A DNA stretch of 64,000 nucleotides from Haliotis rubra. Taxonomy: Eukaryota. The position numbers and the translations under genes are program-made. The notes beneath the pieces are model-generated. The model saw only the letters and a list, made by a program, of their open reading frames with translations, did not search any database and was not told the origin of the DNA. Where the stretch lies: the NCBI RefSeq assembly GCF_003918875.1, contig NW_025765004.1:62001-126000 (forward strand). Reading direction: 5' to 3'. Shown here in pieces: positions 49,827-63,153 of the stretch. The stretch's first letter is position 1; every line of letters begins with the position of its first letter.

Positions 49827-52800
49827 ATGCAGATTGCTAGTCGTTCGTTTGCCTTTAAAAGCAGCAGGACAGGCAAACAGGAGAGACCCGACAGACACCG
49901 AGAAGAGTGCGGACAAACCAGAAGAAAGGCCAGTCAGGTACTTTAACTGACCAGTCAACCCAACTAACTACTGCCCAAGTGTACATGTCAGCATCATTTC
50001 GCCGCCTTTCCCCTGGTAGCCCTACTCTGCAAGCTGAGGGAGTGAGTTAACATTTATCGTCACATCGGCAACATTTCAGCCATATCGTGAGGGAGAACAA
50101 TTAATTATTGTATTATAGAACAATAAAATTAGATATTAAAAGCCTGTTGACGAAGAACAGTAAAACTACCAGTTAATCACAGATATTAAAGTAAAACTAG
50201 GATGTTATCATAAAACGATGTTATAAAAGAGAACAATACAATATAGAAACAGGATATCGATTGCCAGCAACTGAAGGTAGATCACCATCCTTGACACCTT
50301 ACAGTCAGCGTTCGAAATTAACGTCGGTTTTAGGTCCGAAGCCGACTGTAAACCACTGGGACCCACAGCTTTGTTTTCTGCGGTCCTTATGGGCAAGTTA
50401 TGGCCGACAGCATGTTCATCCCCAATAACTAAGAGTATTATTTTTCAGAAAATGTCATTCAGTAATGTCTAGTTTTGATCTCGATCACCGGCTGTTGTCT
50501 GTAAGTGAAACGACTCTTGTTTTCATGGAAACAATTTTGACATTCTATGTTTGCTAGGAATGACTTATATTGTAGCTGAAATATAGGGCCTACACATTCT
50601 GATCAGAACCCACAACTTTGTATGGTTCTGGGTCCTTAGGGCCTGCAGTTTATCAGGGTTAAGGGCAAACACTGCGTACAGTCCATTTGCTTCCCGCATA
50701 CTGAACCCTAGCATGATGTATACGTTCCCTTCAGCTATTTTTGACAATCTAGCCATAAATTAAAATAACATGTATACTACGATAAAACATAGTAGCAGGT
50801 ATAAACATACTTTCAATGTTCGGGGACTACAAATTACGTACCCTCTCAGGGGGACAATAATTTTAATATACTTTAACCCCATTTGAGGATACTGCCTTAA
50901 ACAATCTCAGTTGTTAATTTAAACTACTAATTATAAAATATTAATCTATTTACACAACTTCAATCAAACGTTTTATAATAACTCTATTTCTTTTTAAAAT
51001 GAAATGATTAAATTTGAAGTAAGATCTGCAAGCTGTGTGCACACAGTATTGTAAGAAATACAACTACCCGCCTTTGTACGGCACTACGCCCCGAGTTGTC
51101 TCAGCTGCTTATAGCTAATGATACAAAACGATTATAAATGGAGTGAACATAGCCTAACACATTTAGACCCCGCGTACGTAGATCTTGAAATTTGAGAAAC
51201 AATCTGTTGCCTGCTACATGCATCACTGGCTTTGTAGGGTGTTACGTAACCTACTGGTTTCCATGATATATGTCGAACAGTGTTCTCACATAGGGCGCTA
51301 CAAAGTATTACAACAAAACCTGTGGGCGTCCGAACATAGAGAGCCACTAAGATTCCTCCATCGCGTCTTTGTACTGAGGGAGCTGGTTCACGAGCCCTCG
51401 TTTCACGCATACAACAGACATGTGTCGTCTGACAAGTGTTAGGCGACGCCTTTGACAGAATCTCAGACACATTTACACGTAGTGATCATAATTACGGACT
51501 TACTTGTTGATAAACACGTTAAGGCTCAAGTTGCGTGGCGTTCATTCTAGTGCCCCTCTTTCTGACGAAAACCACTTTTCCAAGAATCAAGATAGCATTT
51601 CCCCCGAACTGTTCAGTCGGCCGATGAACGCTTTATCGTCAGGTCTATGTGCGCATGATATCACGTTCACCGATTCTTGGAAGATTAGATTCTTACTTTC
51701 GTTTGAGCCGATACTCAAAACTGGTTATTTTCTCTATATTCTCCTGCAGTCACTGTCTACATGTTGCACCCGGGTGTGACGACCAGGCACGCAGTATCCA
51801 AGTCAGGGAAGATGCGTGTATGGCTATTTATAGAGTAGGGCAGCCCCAACTAACTATCACACTGAACCCAAGTTCGCAAGTATGATGCTGACTAGTCTGT
51901 CTCACAGCCCCCGAACCATATTATTTCCCCTACAGCCTATCCTCCCTGCAACGCTAAAGCCCTATTTCAAGCAAGGCTAGATTTCTCTGAATCTACCATC
52001 TCACTTGGGCTCCTTTTCAGTTTAAATGGGATTATTTGTTACTATTATATGTATTCAGAGACTAAGCGTTAGTCTAGGTGCTGATAAACAGGTTATTTCA
52101 CAGGATATGTTCCAGATATTATGTGAAAATGTTTCCCCAGTGATCTTCATTATCCTGGTTTGAAACCACAGTGTATTTGACACAGGGTAGTTCCAACGTC
52201 ATATCCAGTGAGATGTTAATTTGATATTTTCAGATAATCATAATTATATTTTTCATCACATTCATTGATTCTTCTATGTCCCGAGTGAAATGAGGTAAAC
52301 AGATTGTACTTGATATTCAAAGGAAGATAAATAGAGGATAAGAATATGTTTTCTATTCAAATAATGTCTTTTTTTCATCCAGTGAGCTGCCAAAGATAAT
52401 ATACATTCCATTTGTCGAATCATGAGATGAGATAAATATGTAATAGGACTAAAAAAAAAAAAAACAGTCATTCACTGTCCTGTTTCTTTCTTATATGCAC
52501 CACTAACACATCACAGTGCCATTGCCGCGTACTGAAGTACTTCCCGCACGAAGATTACTCTCCAGTCGCAGGGCGAATTACCAATTATATATTTATCAGA
52601 TGGAAACCTTTATTCACAACTATATGTTCATGTATATATGAAGAGAGCATGCGAGAGTAATGGGTGAACGGTGTTTTACTACACAGTCAACGGTTTAACG
52701 GTGATCTGTAATTACTCGATTGTTGCCCCATTGTCGTTCGAACATCGCTTGCAGCGGTCGACACTGTCGTTGTACGACGACAGTTGTCAAGGGCATACAT

Positions 52801-53219
52801 TATAGTCACCCAATCCTCATTAGCCTGCATCTTAATTGAACATCCCGTCTTGTGCCATCATGCCGCAACAATAATCCAGCTATATAGTGCGGGGGCTTAT
52901 GTAGCAAAAATGCTTTCCGTAGGAAGTGCATGTTAATTTTTGGAACCACTGATAATTGTGATCAGTATTGCATATGGATTCAGAAAAAACATGGTTCCAT
53001 TTTTTCTGATGATTATAAGTGTCATTCTGGGGTAACTGAACATCGGTACCCATAATCGAGCTGCAACACCAATGTGAGAAAAACATATTTTATAAACCTA
53101 TCACAACATAGGCATGTAGTATGTCAAAATGTACCTTGGGATGTGTGTTTTACAACTACCATTATATGTCATGAATCTCATTAATATATGATGCATAATA
53201 ATCACTATGATCATAAGTG

Positions 53220-55210
53220 CTTCTGCCAAAACCGAAGGTTTGTTGCAGAGGGTATTTATTCAACCCTGTTTGTTTATGTGTGTTTATGTGTTAGCATCTT
53301 TACTCAAAAACAACTAGATGGATTTCAATGAAACTTTCTGGATCTCTTGGGTATGTCCCCAGGACAAACCAATTAGATGTTGAAAAAGTACACTCTTCAA
53401 AAAAAGAAACGCAAAAGCAAAATATCATTGAAAACTCTGGCCTTATTCAAGTATGTAAATCAACGAAAATAAACGGTACAGCACTGAAATTATGTGGAGC
53501 AATATCTCGTGCACATTTCACAAGAATGATAGTCATCATAGTCATTACTGCTGTCCACGAGGTGGCGTTGACGTTACTACCTTGTATGGACACCTCTTAC
53601 TGCTAGAACTGCACGACACCTCCTTGACGACACAGATTGAATCAGTTGTTGGATATTTCATTGTGGAATCCTTATCTATTCCTCCAGCAGCGTGTTGAAC
53701 AACATTTACTGTTAAAGCCTCAATGGCAGATTACGACGTTGACGTACATGTTTATCAATCTGATCATACAGGTAATCAATTGATTTCAGATCCGGGGATC
53801 TGGAGGGCCAGGGGAAGACATTGATGTCGTTATTGTCCAGGTAGTCCACTGTAGCATGTGCTGGGTGAGGTCTGGCGTTGTCCTGTTGGTACAGCTCCCT
53901 TTGGCTGTCGACAAGACAATGCAAGTGAGGACAGACAATCTGGTCGATATATCTCGCGGCCGTAAGATTGCCTTGGACGAGCACCAATTCCGATCTGCAG
54001 GTGTATGAGATGGCTCCCCACATCATCACACCATCTCCACCAAATCTGTCCAATTGCCTGATGCAGTTGGATGCAAAACGTTCATTGCGTGGTCTGTAGA
54101 CACGTTGTCTTCCGTCACGTCACTTAAGGGGATACCGCGATACATCATTGAACCATATGTGCCTCCAGTTTCCATGGTTCCATGGCTGCACAGCGTTACA
54201 CCACCTGACACACGGACGTTCATGTAATCGTGTCAGAGAGGGGGCAACTACTGGACGTCTGGCACGCATACCTACCTCTCGGAGACGGTTCCTTATTGTC
54301 TGGCCGGACATTCTCCGGGCTCCAAACCGTTCTTGTGCTGTGTCCCGGGCGGAACGATGGCAGTCACGTAGGTGGGTTACCCGGATGTAGCGATCTTGGG
54401 CTTGTGTGGTGACTCGCGGTCTTCCTGGTCTTGGATGGTCATTTGTCGAAATGGAATGCCCAAAACGATCCCACAAACGAGTTATTGTGCTGGGATGAAT
54501 GCTGAAGGTCCTCGCCACGACACTCTTGGATTCGCCAGCTTGTAATCGTCCAATGGCAATATTTCGGTGGGCATCGTTAGACGTCCCAGTTTCTCATCCA
54601 GTATTTGCAAGGGTCTTGGATGAATTTGCGAGATGCATTTGGGTCTTTTATAGTCTGCTTGCACGCGAAAAGCAATAATTGCGGCTTTTGGTTGTGTTCC
54701 ATACCAGTCAAGCTCATCATGACAATCATGATAGATAAAACCATTCAAAATCGTTTATGTTTGCATTCGATCACGCATGTTCTTCTAAACCATACCAACA
54801 ACCATATTCAACCCTCAAAACATGCTTAATTTGACATTTGCGTACAAGCTTTCATTTTTTTTCAAATTTTATTTTGCGATTCTTTTTTTCTTTTTTTTGA
54901 AGAGTGTATGTTAAAGTACATGCACACAGAGGTACTTTGAAAATAATCGCAATGTTAAATAAAAGGAGAATATGAATAATATATCAAAAAGTTATGGATG
55001 GATTTGAATGAATCTTGGTGGTTATGTTAGGTGTGACACAAGGGCTATCTGTGTATGGTTTGGTGAAAGTACATTAAAGTACAAGTACACAGTAGTACTT
55101 TACAAATGCAATAGTGAAAGGACATTCCAAATTAAGATAAAAAGAATTCATGCTTGTTGTTTGTATGACAAATAATGCCGAAGCTTGTATTTCAACAGCA
55201 TATTTTGTTC
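53220..55210 (+). mobile_element. Possible Helentron-associated non-autonomous element (HINE/DINE-like), interrupted by Tc1
   Basis: 5' GTTT/GTGT microsatellite, duplicated GATGGATTT.AATGAA.CTT core at ~53317 and ~54997, 3' end in TTTTGTT. Pattern-based only. Confidence 0.4.
53391..54906 (-). mobile_element. Tc1/mariner transposon with degenerate transposase
   Basis: TIR CACTCTTCAAAAAAAGAAA..CGCAAA at both ends, TA flanks (53389-90, 54907-08). Motifs RPGRPRVTTQAQDRYI, TIRNRLREVG, IWFNDVSR, VMMWGAI, QQDNARPH, WPSRSPDL; frameshifts. Confidence 0.93.
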
Positions 55211-57114
55211 TTGCCGGTTAATGACGGATTGATTGACTATGCAAGTTACTTAACAATGTGAAAGTTAAAAAAATATACTAGTGCACATTATATGTTGTAC
55301 TTGCATACCCCACTTGTAATATGTAGTTATCTGCTCACTGTGATATAATTTGTCACTCCTGTATTAATACATTCAGTTTGTATTGACTGCAGATTTGTCT
55401 TTATGTCATTTGTCATTTAATTACCCAGACACGAGTGCCGGTGTGTCTATTCTGATTGTACCGGTAGGCCTGATTTGACACTTGTGCACGACTATATGAT
55501 AGTCACATTAGCCTTATCTGGGTACTATTATTACTACATAAGTGTGTCAAGGTTGTATAGATTATGAAATGGGAAAATACATTAATTCAATAAATGGCTT
55601 CCATTAATATAGGCCAATACTTACAATGTTGGTGTCCGATGAAGGAAAGACAACATTTGATTAATTTATATGATTATGTCATATTTTATGTCACCAAATT
55701 GAAATTAGAAGCATATTTTGTGGTTATCTCTATATCCTGCATCATAAGCTGCCTTTTGATATGCTACATGACTATGTTGTGATAGGTTTATGAAAACATG
55801 TTTTTTCACGAAATGGTGTACAAGCAATTTTGGGAACTCATATTCAATCACCCCACAATGACACTTATAGCAAACAGAATAAAAGGAACCATGTTTTTCC
55901 TGAATCCGGCGATTACAATTAGTATTGGTTCCAAAAATTAACATGTAATTCCCACGGAATTACACAAGCCCCTGCACTAATATGGCGGCGGGCTGTAAAT
56001 AATCCAGTGATCAACAGTATGGGCATATTGGGATGCGATGACATGTGTCAGCCAAGTCAGCGAGCCTGACCACCCGTTCCCGTTAGTCGCGTCTTACGAT
56101 CACCTGGGCTTCACACATTGTACCCATGTGGGGAATCGAACCCGGGTCTTCAGCGTGACGAGCCAACGCTTTAACCACTAGGCTACCCCACCACCCAGCA
56201 TGAGTATAGTAGAAACCTTAATCAATATTTAGGAACACCGTCTTATGTCAGCTGTTGTGACGACGTAATGTTTGACTGTTTCCTTCTGGTCTCTCTTCGT
56301 GGTGTTTGAAAACAGAATATTTGTTCGGTAGATCGGCGAATGTTGCCAACCAGTTTCTTCCACAGTTACCGAGATAAGGGATGACAGTGAGATTACCAAC
56401 TACTTGGTGTATGGACATTCACCTATGAATGTACACTTAGTAACACTATTCAGACAAACTGAATAAGACTTACAGAGTATTTCCGTCTCCAGACCGGGAA
56501 GATTTTCTGGATAAGGAAATCTGTGTACAGAACGGAATGTTTCATTTTTTGGTAAAACCTTAAACTACATGATTCCACATAGCTTAGCTGGATATTTTGG
56601 CGCATACAAAATGATCAAGAAGTCAGCCTAACGTCACTGCTGACATTGTCTCTTCAGAGACAACCGCCGCCATATAGCTGGAATATTGCTGAGTGCGGCG
56701 TAAAACTAAACTCACTCACACACTCAAAGAGGCAAGTGTGTTGGTGAGTGTTGTAATACACCACCTCAAGCAATATTTTACGCCGCTTTTAGCAATATTC
56801 CAGCAACATCATGGCGGTGAACACCACTACAAATGTAGGAGATAAGATCCGGACCTTCGGCGAAACGAGTGAATTAGAACGTTTTAACCACAAGGCTACA
56901 TAAACGAGTAGCTAACATTTTAACCTTATACTTTTATAGTTTACAGTGGTGGCTTAAGAATAATAGAAAAAGTACGATGTTCGTGTCATAGCTTTTAATT
57001 TTCCATTTTTTCCTCAAATTTCTAAATAGAATTTCCAAACCTTTATGCTTTCAAATTCAATAAACACGAAAACACTTTTTTATCTAAAATTCTGTTAAGA
57101 CTGTCGTTTCAATC

Positions 57115-57338
57115 CACAGGGGTTCGCATCACTGTTTGGACAATATTTTTTTTAAATAAAAAATCTATATTTTTGCAACCGTATATTGTTTTTATATGTT
57201 ATGAGTAACTTATGTTTTAAATTTGAACGAAATCGGTGAAGAAATGGATTTTTTAGAAAATTATCCCGCTTCACTCATTACATAAAATAACGTGTATTAT
57301 ATAAAAATATTGTCCAAACAGTGATTCGAACCCCTGTG
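57115..57338. mobile_element. MITE with ~35-bp TIRs and 8-bp TSD (P- or hAT-type)
   Basis: CACAGGGGTTCG.ATCACTGTTTGGACAATATTTT is inverted at the two ends; TTTCAATC at 57107-57114 and 57339-57346. Confidence 0.9.
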
Positions 57339-58283
57339 TTTCAATCCCATCCGTGATTGAGCACGTAGCATAGAGATGCTGAGATCCACATCCAGCTGAT
57401 TGGACTGATGGTCGGGGAACCTGTCAAATACAAATAACAACCAATACATACAACTGATACCAATGATATTATGAATTACGCAAGTCAGATCCATCACCTG
57501 ATAACTGCTTTAAGATATGCTTTACTCTACGTTACTAGAGAACAAATGAGTATTTCAGTTCAATCTGTATTGGGAACCGTAAAAAGTCAGTGTATGAAAC
57601 GGATTGTGAGTCCCTTCATTGTACAAATAAATCACTGTGCATTCTATTGTTTGATCCGTGTATACACATATGATCGATTAAAGAAAACAATGTTTGTCAT
57701 GTCATCAAAGAAATGGCTGATCGGCTTGTTGAGGTGGTGGCCAGAGTTCCATGTCAAGGAGAGTGAGTGAAGGTTGTTTGATGCCGCAGTCAGGTATATA
57801 AGAAAGACTGTCAGTAATCCAGTCAGGGCCAATAAACCCAATCACTGATGTACTAAACACAGTTACAGCCATACCAAGTACCAGGGCCACATTGACAAAC
57901 AACACATGTATATACAACATCACATTTGTATTACTCTGGGCAATCATTTCTCAAAGAAGCAATTTGATATCGATACTGTCAGTGCCATTTGTCGTTTGTT
58001 TACACTTTCTATTTGTTAACGGTAACAGGCAAACACCTGTACATAACTGTTGTTTCCGGGTGGTTGCCCGTGCTTAGATCTACAAGTGCTCCTTTGGCAT
58101 TCCTGTGATACTTATTGACCATAGACAACTATCTGGGGTCTTGATGATATTTGACGTCATCACCTATCATACCATGTATGTATTCTGAGGGTAAATACAG
58201 GGGACAATGTTTATAAAAATTCATGATCTTAATTAATGGAAGTGAACGACGTGTGTGTCTGTGTGTGTGTGTGAGTGACTCAC

Positions 58284-59687
58284 CTTGAGACAACATGACT
58301 GTGGACTTGGTTGGCGAGTCATTTGAGTTCTCGTTTAGAAGGTATCTTCCTTGTCGTTTTGAAGTACATAACCCGGATGTCTGTTCACACCTCAGGCAAG
58401 ATGATGCACATGGCACAGTACAGTTGCCGCCGTAATGACCATCTGGACACTTCTTACAGGTGCCATTTATGTTGCATTCAACTCCCACACATCTGTTGCT
58501 GCATGGAGACTGGCAATCCTCATCCGACCATCCTCTGACACATCCCCTGGTACAAGTAACTGAGGAGAGCAGTTCGTTGTATGTGCATGTATTGTCCACG
58601 CAATTCCTACACCGTATGTCACACTTCGGCCCAATGAACCCTGGCTTGCATTGACCACAGTATCCCTGGACAAGGTTGCATCTGTTCCACAGACAGTTTT
58701 CTGGACATGGTTTATCACACAACTGGCCGCCGAACCATCCATCAGTGCAGCCAAGAAGACATGTTCCCACATCCTGGTGACATGCAGATTGATCACAGTT
58801 GCCGGGGCAGGGTTTCTGACACTGATGCCCCCACCGACCAGGGACACACCCCTCCAGACACCTCCCTGCGTCACGGTCACAGTACCGGTTGCCATCAACA
58901 CTCGCACAGCAATTAAGTGAACATCTTTTAAAACATCCATCAGAGTAGTATCCAGGCGAGCACTGTACACATCTCCCTGTGTCCTGTTCACATCTACCAT
59001 ACCAGCATCCTTGACACTTCTTGGAGCAGTCAGCACCAAACCATCCAAATATACACTCTCTGCAAGTACCATGCTTACAGTCGAGGCAGTGGTCTCCACA
59101 TTGGCCATGTGCTGACTCCACTACAAATACGACATAAAGTAGTAGGTGAGTGAGTGAGTGAGTGAGTGAGGTCGACATGTTCAACACCTGATACAGCAAT
59201 TTAACGTGGTTTACACCAAGAAGTGCTTCAGAAAGTCCAACCATAAGGGAATCTTACAATTAACCTTTTCAATGACATAAACATTGAAATATTTGTTTAC
59301 TGATTTCAGAAAACATTTACATTATTGATTTTAGGACAACTGACGATGAATGAAAAGATCGTTCTACATTTGTCTCAAAATATAAATAAAATATATACTT
59401 TTCGTTAAACTGTGTTCTGTCAAAAGTAAAGCTACGACATAAGTTTCTGAATTTGTTATCACTTTTTACAGAAATAAAACTCACTTATGCGAAATAATAC
59501 ACCACGATCGTTTAAATTGCGCCGGACACTTTCAAATATGAACAATCCTAATTCTATCTACAGAATACGTTACAGGGTTAGAGGGGAAATGGGATTTGAG
59601 GATGTTCTAAGATCACATTCGTAAAATAATATACCAGGTTTACTTACAGGCAAAAGCCACGTACATCACAAATATGATCTTCACCAT
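58284..59687 (-). CDS. Multiple-EGF protein F: signal exon 59687-59648, ectodomain exon 59120-58284; TM exon uncertain (hydrophobic candidate ~57840-57930)
   Basis: MVKIIFVMYVAFA T|gtaagt joined to ttgtag|LESAHGQCGDHC; open Cys-rich frame to STVMLSQ G|gtgagt. Paralogue of E with a single copy of the 71-aa module. Confidence 0.88.
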
Positions 59688-60929
59688 TTTGTTGATTGTC
59701 AAGATATTATGAAGAACTGAAATAAAAATGTAAAGATCAATATTAGGGATATGGCCTCTGTTCTCGTCAGATGAGCTTCAATTTTCAGTTAGGTACATTG
59801 TATTTTAACCATTTATGTTCACATATGATATCACTATTTTCAGAAGATACATCTCCTTTGTGTAAATAGAATGGGTGTAATTTTCACCTGGCCGCCTGTG
59901 TTAAACAGGCAGAGTGTGAGGAGTTATGCTAGGTTTTGTCATACATGGGTTCGAATCCATATATTCATCAGTATCATTAATTTACCTGTTGTAGAATAAT
60001 ATTCACCACGCCCTAGGGCGAAGAGTTATTAACTTGGTCTCCTGGATGTGTATCGGCAGTTAACATTTCACTCTACCTCTGTGCGACTTTCCCTTTCTCT
60101 TACACTTCTCATTCTCAGCTCCCGGCTGATCCTTCGAAAACGTCTCTTCCCAGAACACGACCAAAGGAATCAATGAATAGGACCGCTATATCAGGCGTGT
60201 CGTCAGCGTTTAAACATACATGAACCATCCTCTACATTCTCAACAATGACCGTTACAATTAGAGCGAAAATTGCCGTCCCCCTCATTCGTTATTATCAGC
60301 CTACCAGTGTGAGCCGAGTATTGTACATCTAGAAGTTCTATGTTTTATCAGTGGTTAAAACCAGTTGCTTGTAGCGCGTATGTATAACATGAGTACAGAG
60401 TCGTATGATCTGAGTGACCGTGTGACTTCGAATTAGGTCACTTTACCATTAGGTCTCATATGTGATCAGCTGATACCCGTCTGTTGCAATCGGTGCATGT
60501 GTGTATGAGAAATCAGATAAAACCCGAATGGTTTTACATTTGAACTTCAATTTCATGTTGCTTCATGAACCTAAAACCTACGATATGTAGAGAAACTTGG
60601 GCTCAGATAACGTTCTTTATTGACATGAGTAATTTGTGATTATTTGACGTCAGCACCTGAGATTAACCAGTCTCGATTATCCATAGAAACAAATTCCATC
60701 GGGGTAAGAGATAAAAGGTAAAATAATAAGAACTGATCGCTGAAGTTGGGTAAGCGTGTCCTGAATTGAAGAGATCACAGTCACGTTTCATGATCATTCT
60801 TGTAGAATTTCAAGGGAGATGAGGAAACTAATTATTTCATCTTTGTCATAGGAGAAAAGTGTTCCAAGTAATCAGGTTGAAATTGTTAAGCCTTTATACA
60901 CACTCATTCACTCTGTTTCAATGGCATCA

Positions 60930-61176
60930 ACCCATGAAGATACGGGTAAGAACAGTTACTGATCTGCAGCAACCCATGCTTGTCGTAAGAGGCAACTAAG
61001 GGGATCGGGTGGTCAGGCTCGCTGACTTGGTTGACACATGTCATCGTATCCCAATTGCGTAGATCGATGCTCATGATATGTTAATCACTGGATTGTCTGG
61101 TCCAGACTCGATTACTCACAGAGCGCCTACACATAGCTGGAATATTGGTGGGTGCGGCGTAAAACTAAACTCACTC
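60930..61176 (+). mobile_element. SINE with Nin/Deu-like domain
   Basis: CCCATGCTTGTCGTAAGAGGCAACTAA...GCTGGAATATTG..GCGGCGTAAAACTAAACTCACTC. Confidence 0.82.
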
Positions 61177-61740
61177 TTTATAGTCCCTTCAGTCACAATG
61201 ACCAAAGCCAGCACATGGATCGGCTGATATGAGAGTCACGCCATTGGACATTGTACACTTGCAAAATTGGGCGATAATGACTCACGATGGATGTGACATG
61301 GATCTATTTGTAGCAAACTGTTCACGATGACCCAAGATTCGGGTCGTGACCCACATTCAGGTTACATGTCTTGATCGAGGGGTGCACGGCTCTCTATGCA
61401 TGGTTAGTGCAACAAAGGACTTCGGTTTAACATGGCTTTCAACAGCTGGTGTATCTTAACGTAGAGGCAATTCCCAATACAACATACACTTTCTACCACT
61501 TCGGTGGACAACAAGTCAGTGTTATTGCCTACCACTTGCTCAAATATTTGTTAAATAAGTGTTTCAGCTGTCTCCGCGGCTTTAGTTTAGTGTTACCCCG
61601 ACGTTGGAGTGACAGGGTTGTACACAGACACGCCCATGCTGACGTACACAACAATAACCCTATACAACTCAGATTCTTCACACACTGGTAGCAGGTAGCA
61701 GCCCAAGCATTGGCCTAACGAGTGTTGTTTTAAGCTGCAG

Positions 61741-61846
61741 GGCCTAGATTTTCGAAGCTCTCTTAGCGCTAAGATAGTCGTAAGTGCCAATCGTTATTAT
61801 TAACTTAGACTATCTTATCGCTAAGAGAGCTTCGCAAATCTAGGCC
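61741..61846. mobile_element. Palindromic MITE with CAG TSD
   Basis: GGCCTAGATTT.CGAAGCTCTCTTAGCG.TAAGATAGTC is inverted at the two ends; CAG at 61738-40 and 61847-49. Confidence 0.85.
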
Positions 61847-61862
61847 CAGTTCTTATGGTCTG

Positions 61863-61968
61863 GGTCCCTTTGACAAAGCTATCGTAGCGCTACGATTGTC
61901 GTAAGTCTATGTTACAGTATATGAGGTACGACAGTCGTAGCGCTACGATAGCTTTGGGAAACGGGGCT
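61863..61968. mobile_element. Palindromic MITE with CTG TSD
   Basis: CAAAGCTATCGTAGCGCTACGA.TGTCGTA is inverted at the two ends; CTG at 61860-62 and 61969-71. Confidence 0.78.
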
Positions 61969-62986
61969 CTGTAGTTATGGGTTCGGAAAGTTTCGTCACA
62001 ATGCTTAAATGTGCGGCTTTGGAGCAACAGATAATTTGATGTCTCTTGAAAATTGTCTTTCCTTGAAGATAGCAAGTTGACTTTTGTACATAAGCACAGT
62101 ATCGTTAAAACCAAATGTCAGTGCTCGCTACTGCTGTACAACAATCTGAGGACAATACCATACATACAACAAAATACTAGACAATCCCAACAGGCGGAGA
62201 TACAGTAACAGGGCTGGTGCACCTGTACATACCATTCTGGTCAGATTAGTACCTGTTTTGGAACATTCGTACTCTCGTTGGCCGTTTATTCTTTAATGCA
62301 AGAGACTGCTTTCACTAGTCAACACCATAAAAACACCTACCATTGGCTTGATAGAAAAACGATTATTGTTCCCGATCTTGAGGGGGCACTGCCGCAAAAT
62401 GACAACAAAACAGTATTGTTTTAAAATGTATGTGTATTTTCACTAGGCATGGATTCTCTTTCTCGGATACGAGTCCTTTAGTTGATTAGGTATGCTGGAT
62501 ATGGCTTATCCTACATCAGTAGACCATAAATCTCGGATCTCCAAGGGTATGGATTGTCCAGTTCCTGTCAGAACGCCTTTCATTTGACCGGGTTTAGGAG
62601 ATCTCCAAAATGAAAGTCATAATCTGATTTCTAATCATGAAAACTTGAAATAGTCTTGACAAGTACGATGGGTTCCTCACATTGGTTGGCTCCACATTTG
62701 GTGATGTGCAAATATTCTGTCTCCGAAACGTCCCAGTTTCAGCTTCATAACTATTAGGTAGTAGATATTCAGTGCAGGTAACTTCTTTCAGTAACTAAAT
62801 AACAGTGAAGGTTTGCCTTCAATTGTTCTTTACCACGATAGTCAGCAGATACATGCTGTACTTAGGTCTCCTGTAAACATAGTAAATAATGTGTGTGTAC
62901 TCAACTTCTGTCTGTGGTCTAGATATATAGACTGAAGAAAATGGTATGTAATCTCAGTCTATTTAGGTTTCTTAATTCATAACAAG

Positions 62987-63153
62987 TCACTTCTTTTTCT
63001 TTTTAGGTTTGTGTTCTTCATTATTGTTGTTCTCTCTCTTCAGAGTTTTTGACACGAAACTTTTCTCTATTGTATCAGGTGTGAGTACTTTCCCAACATG
63101 GTAGGTCCACAACACCAACTCCACTTTCTTTGGGGTCCAGTGAAAGGCTTTAT
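62987..63153 (-). CDS. Probable terminal exon of an Amun/CG2446-like (HhH DNA glycosylase-like) gene
   Basis: Acceptor ttattgcag| then DKAFHWTPKKVELVLWTYHVGK...KPKKKKK*. The WTPxxVELxLW motif resembles that family from recall; basic NLS-like C-terminus. Confidence 0.5.

Larger units (their letters stand above)
41912..52160. repeat. ~5.1-kb tandem duplication (copy 1 ~41912-47026, copy 2 ~47027-52160)
   Basis: 41912-42978 matches 47027-48178, and 43901-47026 matches 48179-52160. Duplicated ORFs appear in the track (e.g. 45065 vs 50208). Confidence 0.93.

Noticed and set aside
57644-57841. Hydrophobic ORF MGLLALTGLLTVFLIYL as the TM exon of gene F
   Set aside because: It overlaps a decayed SINE-like sequence (GAGTGAGTGA...GCCGC) and lacks convincing splice sites.
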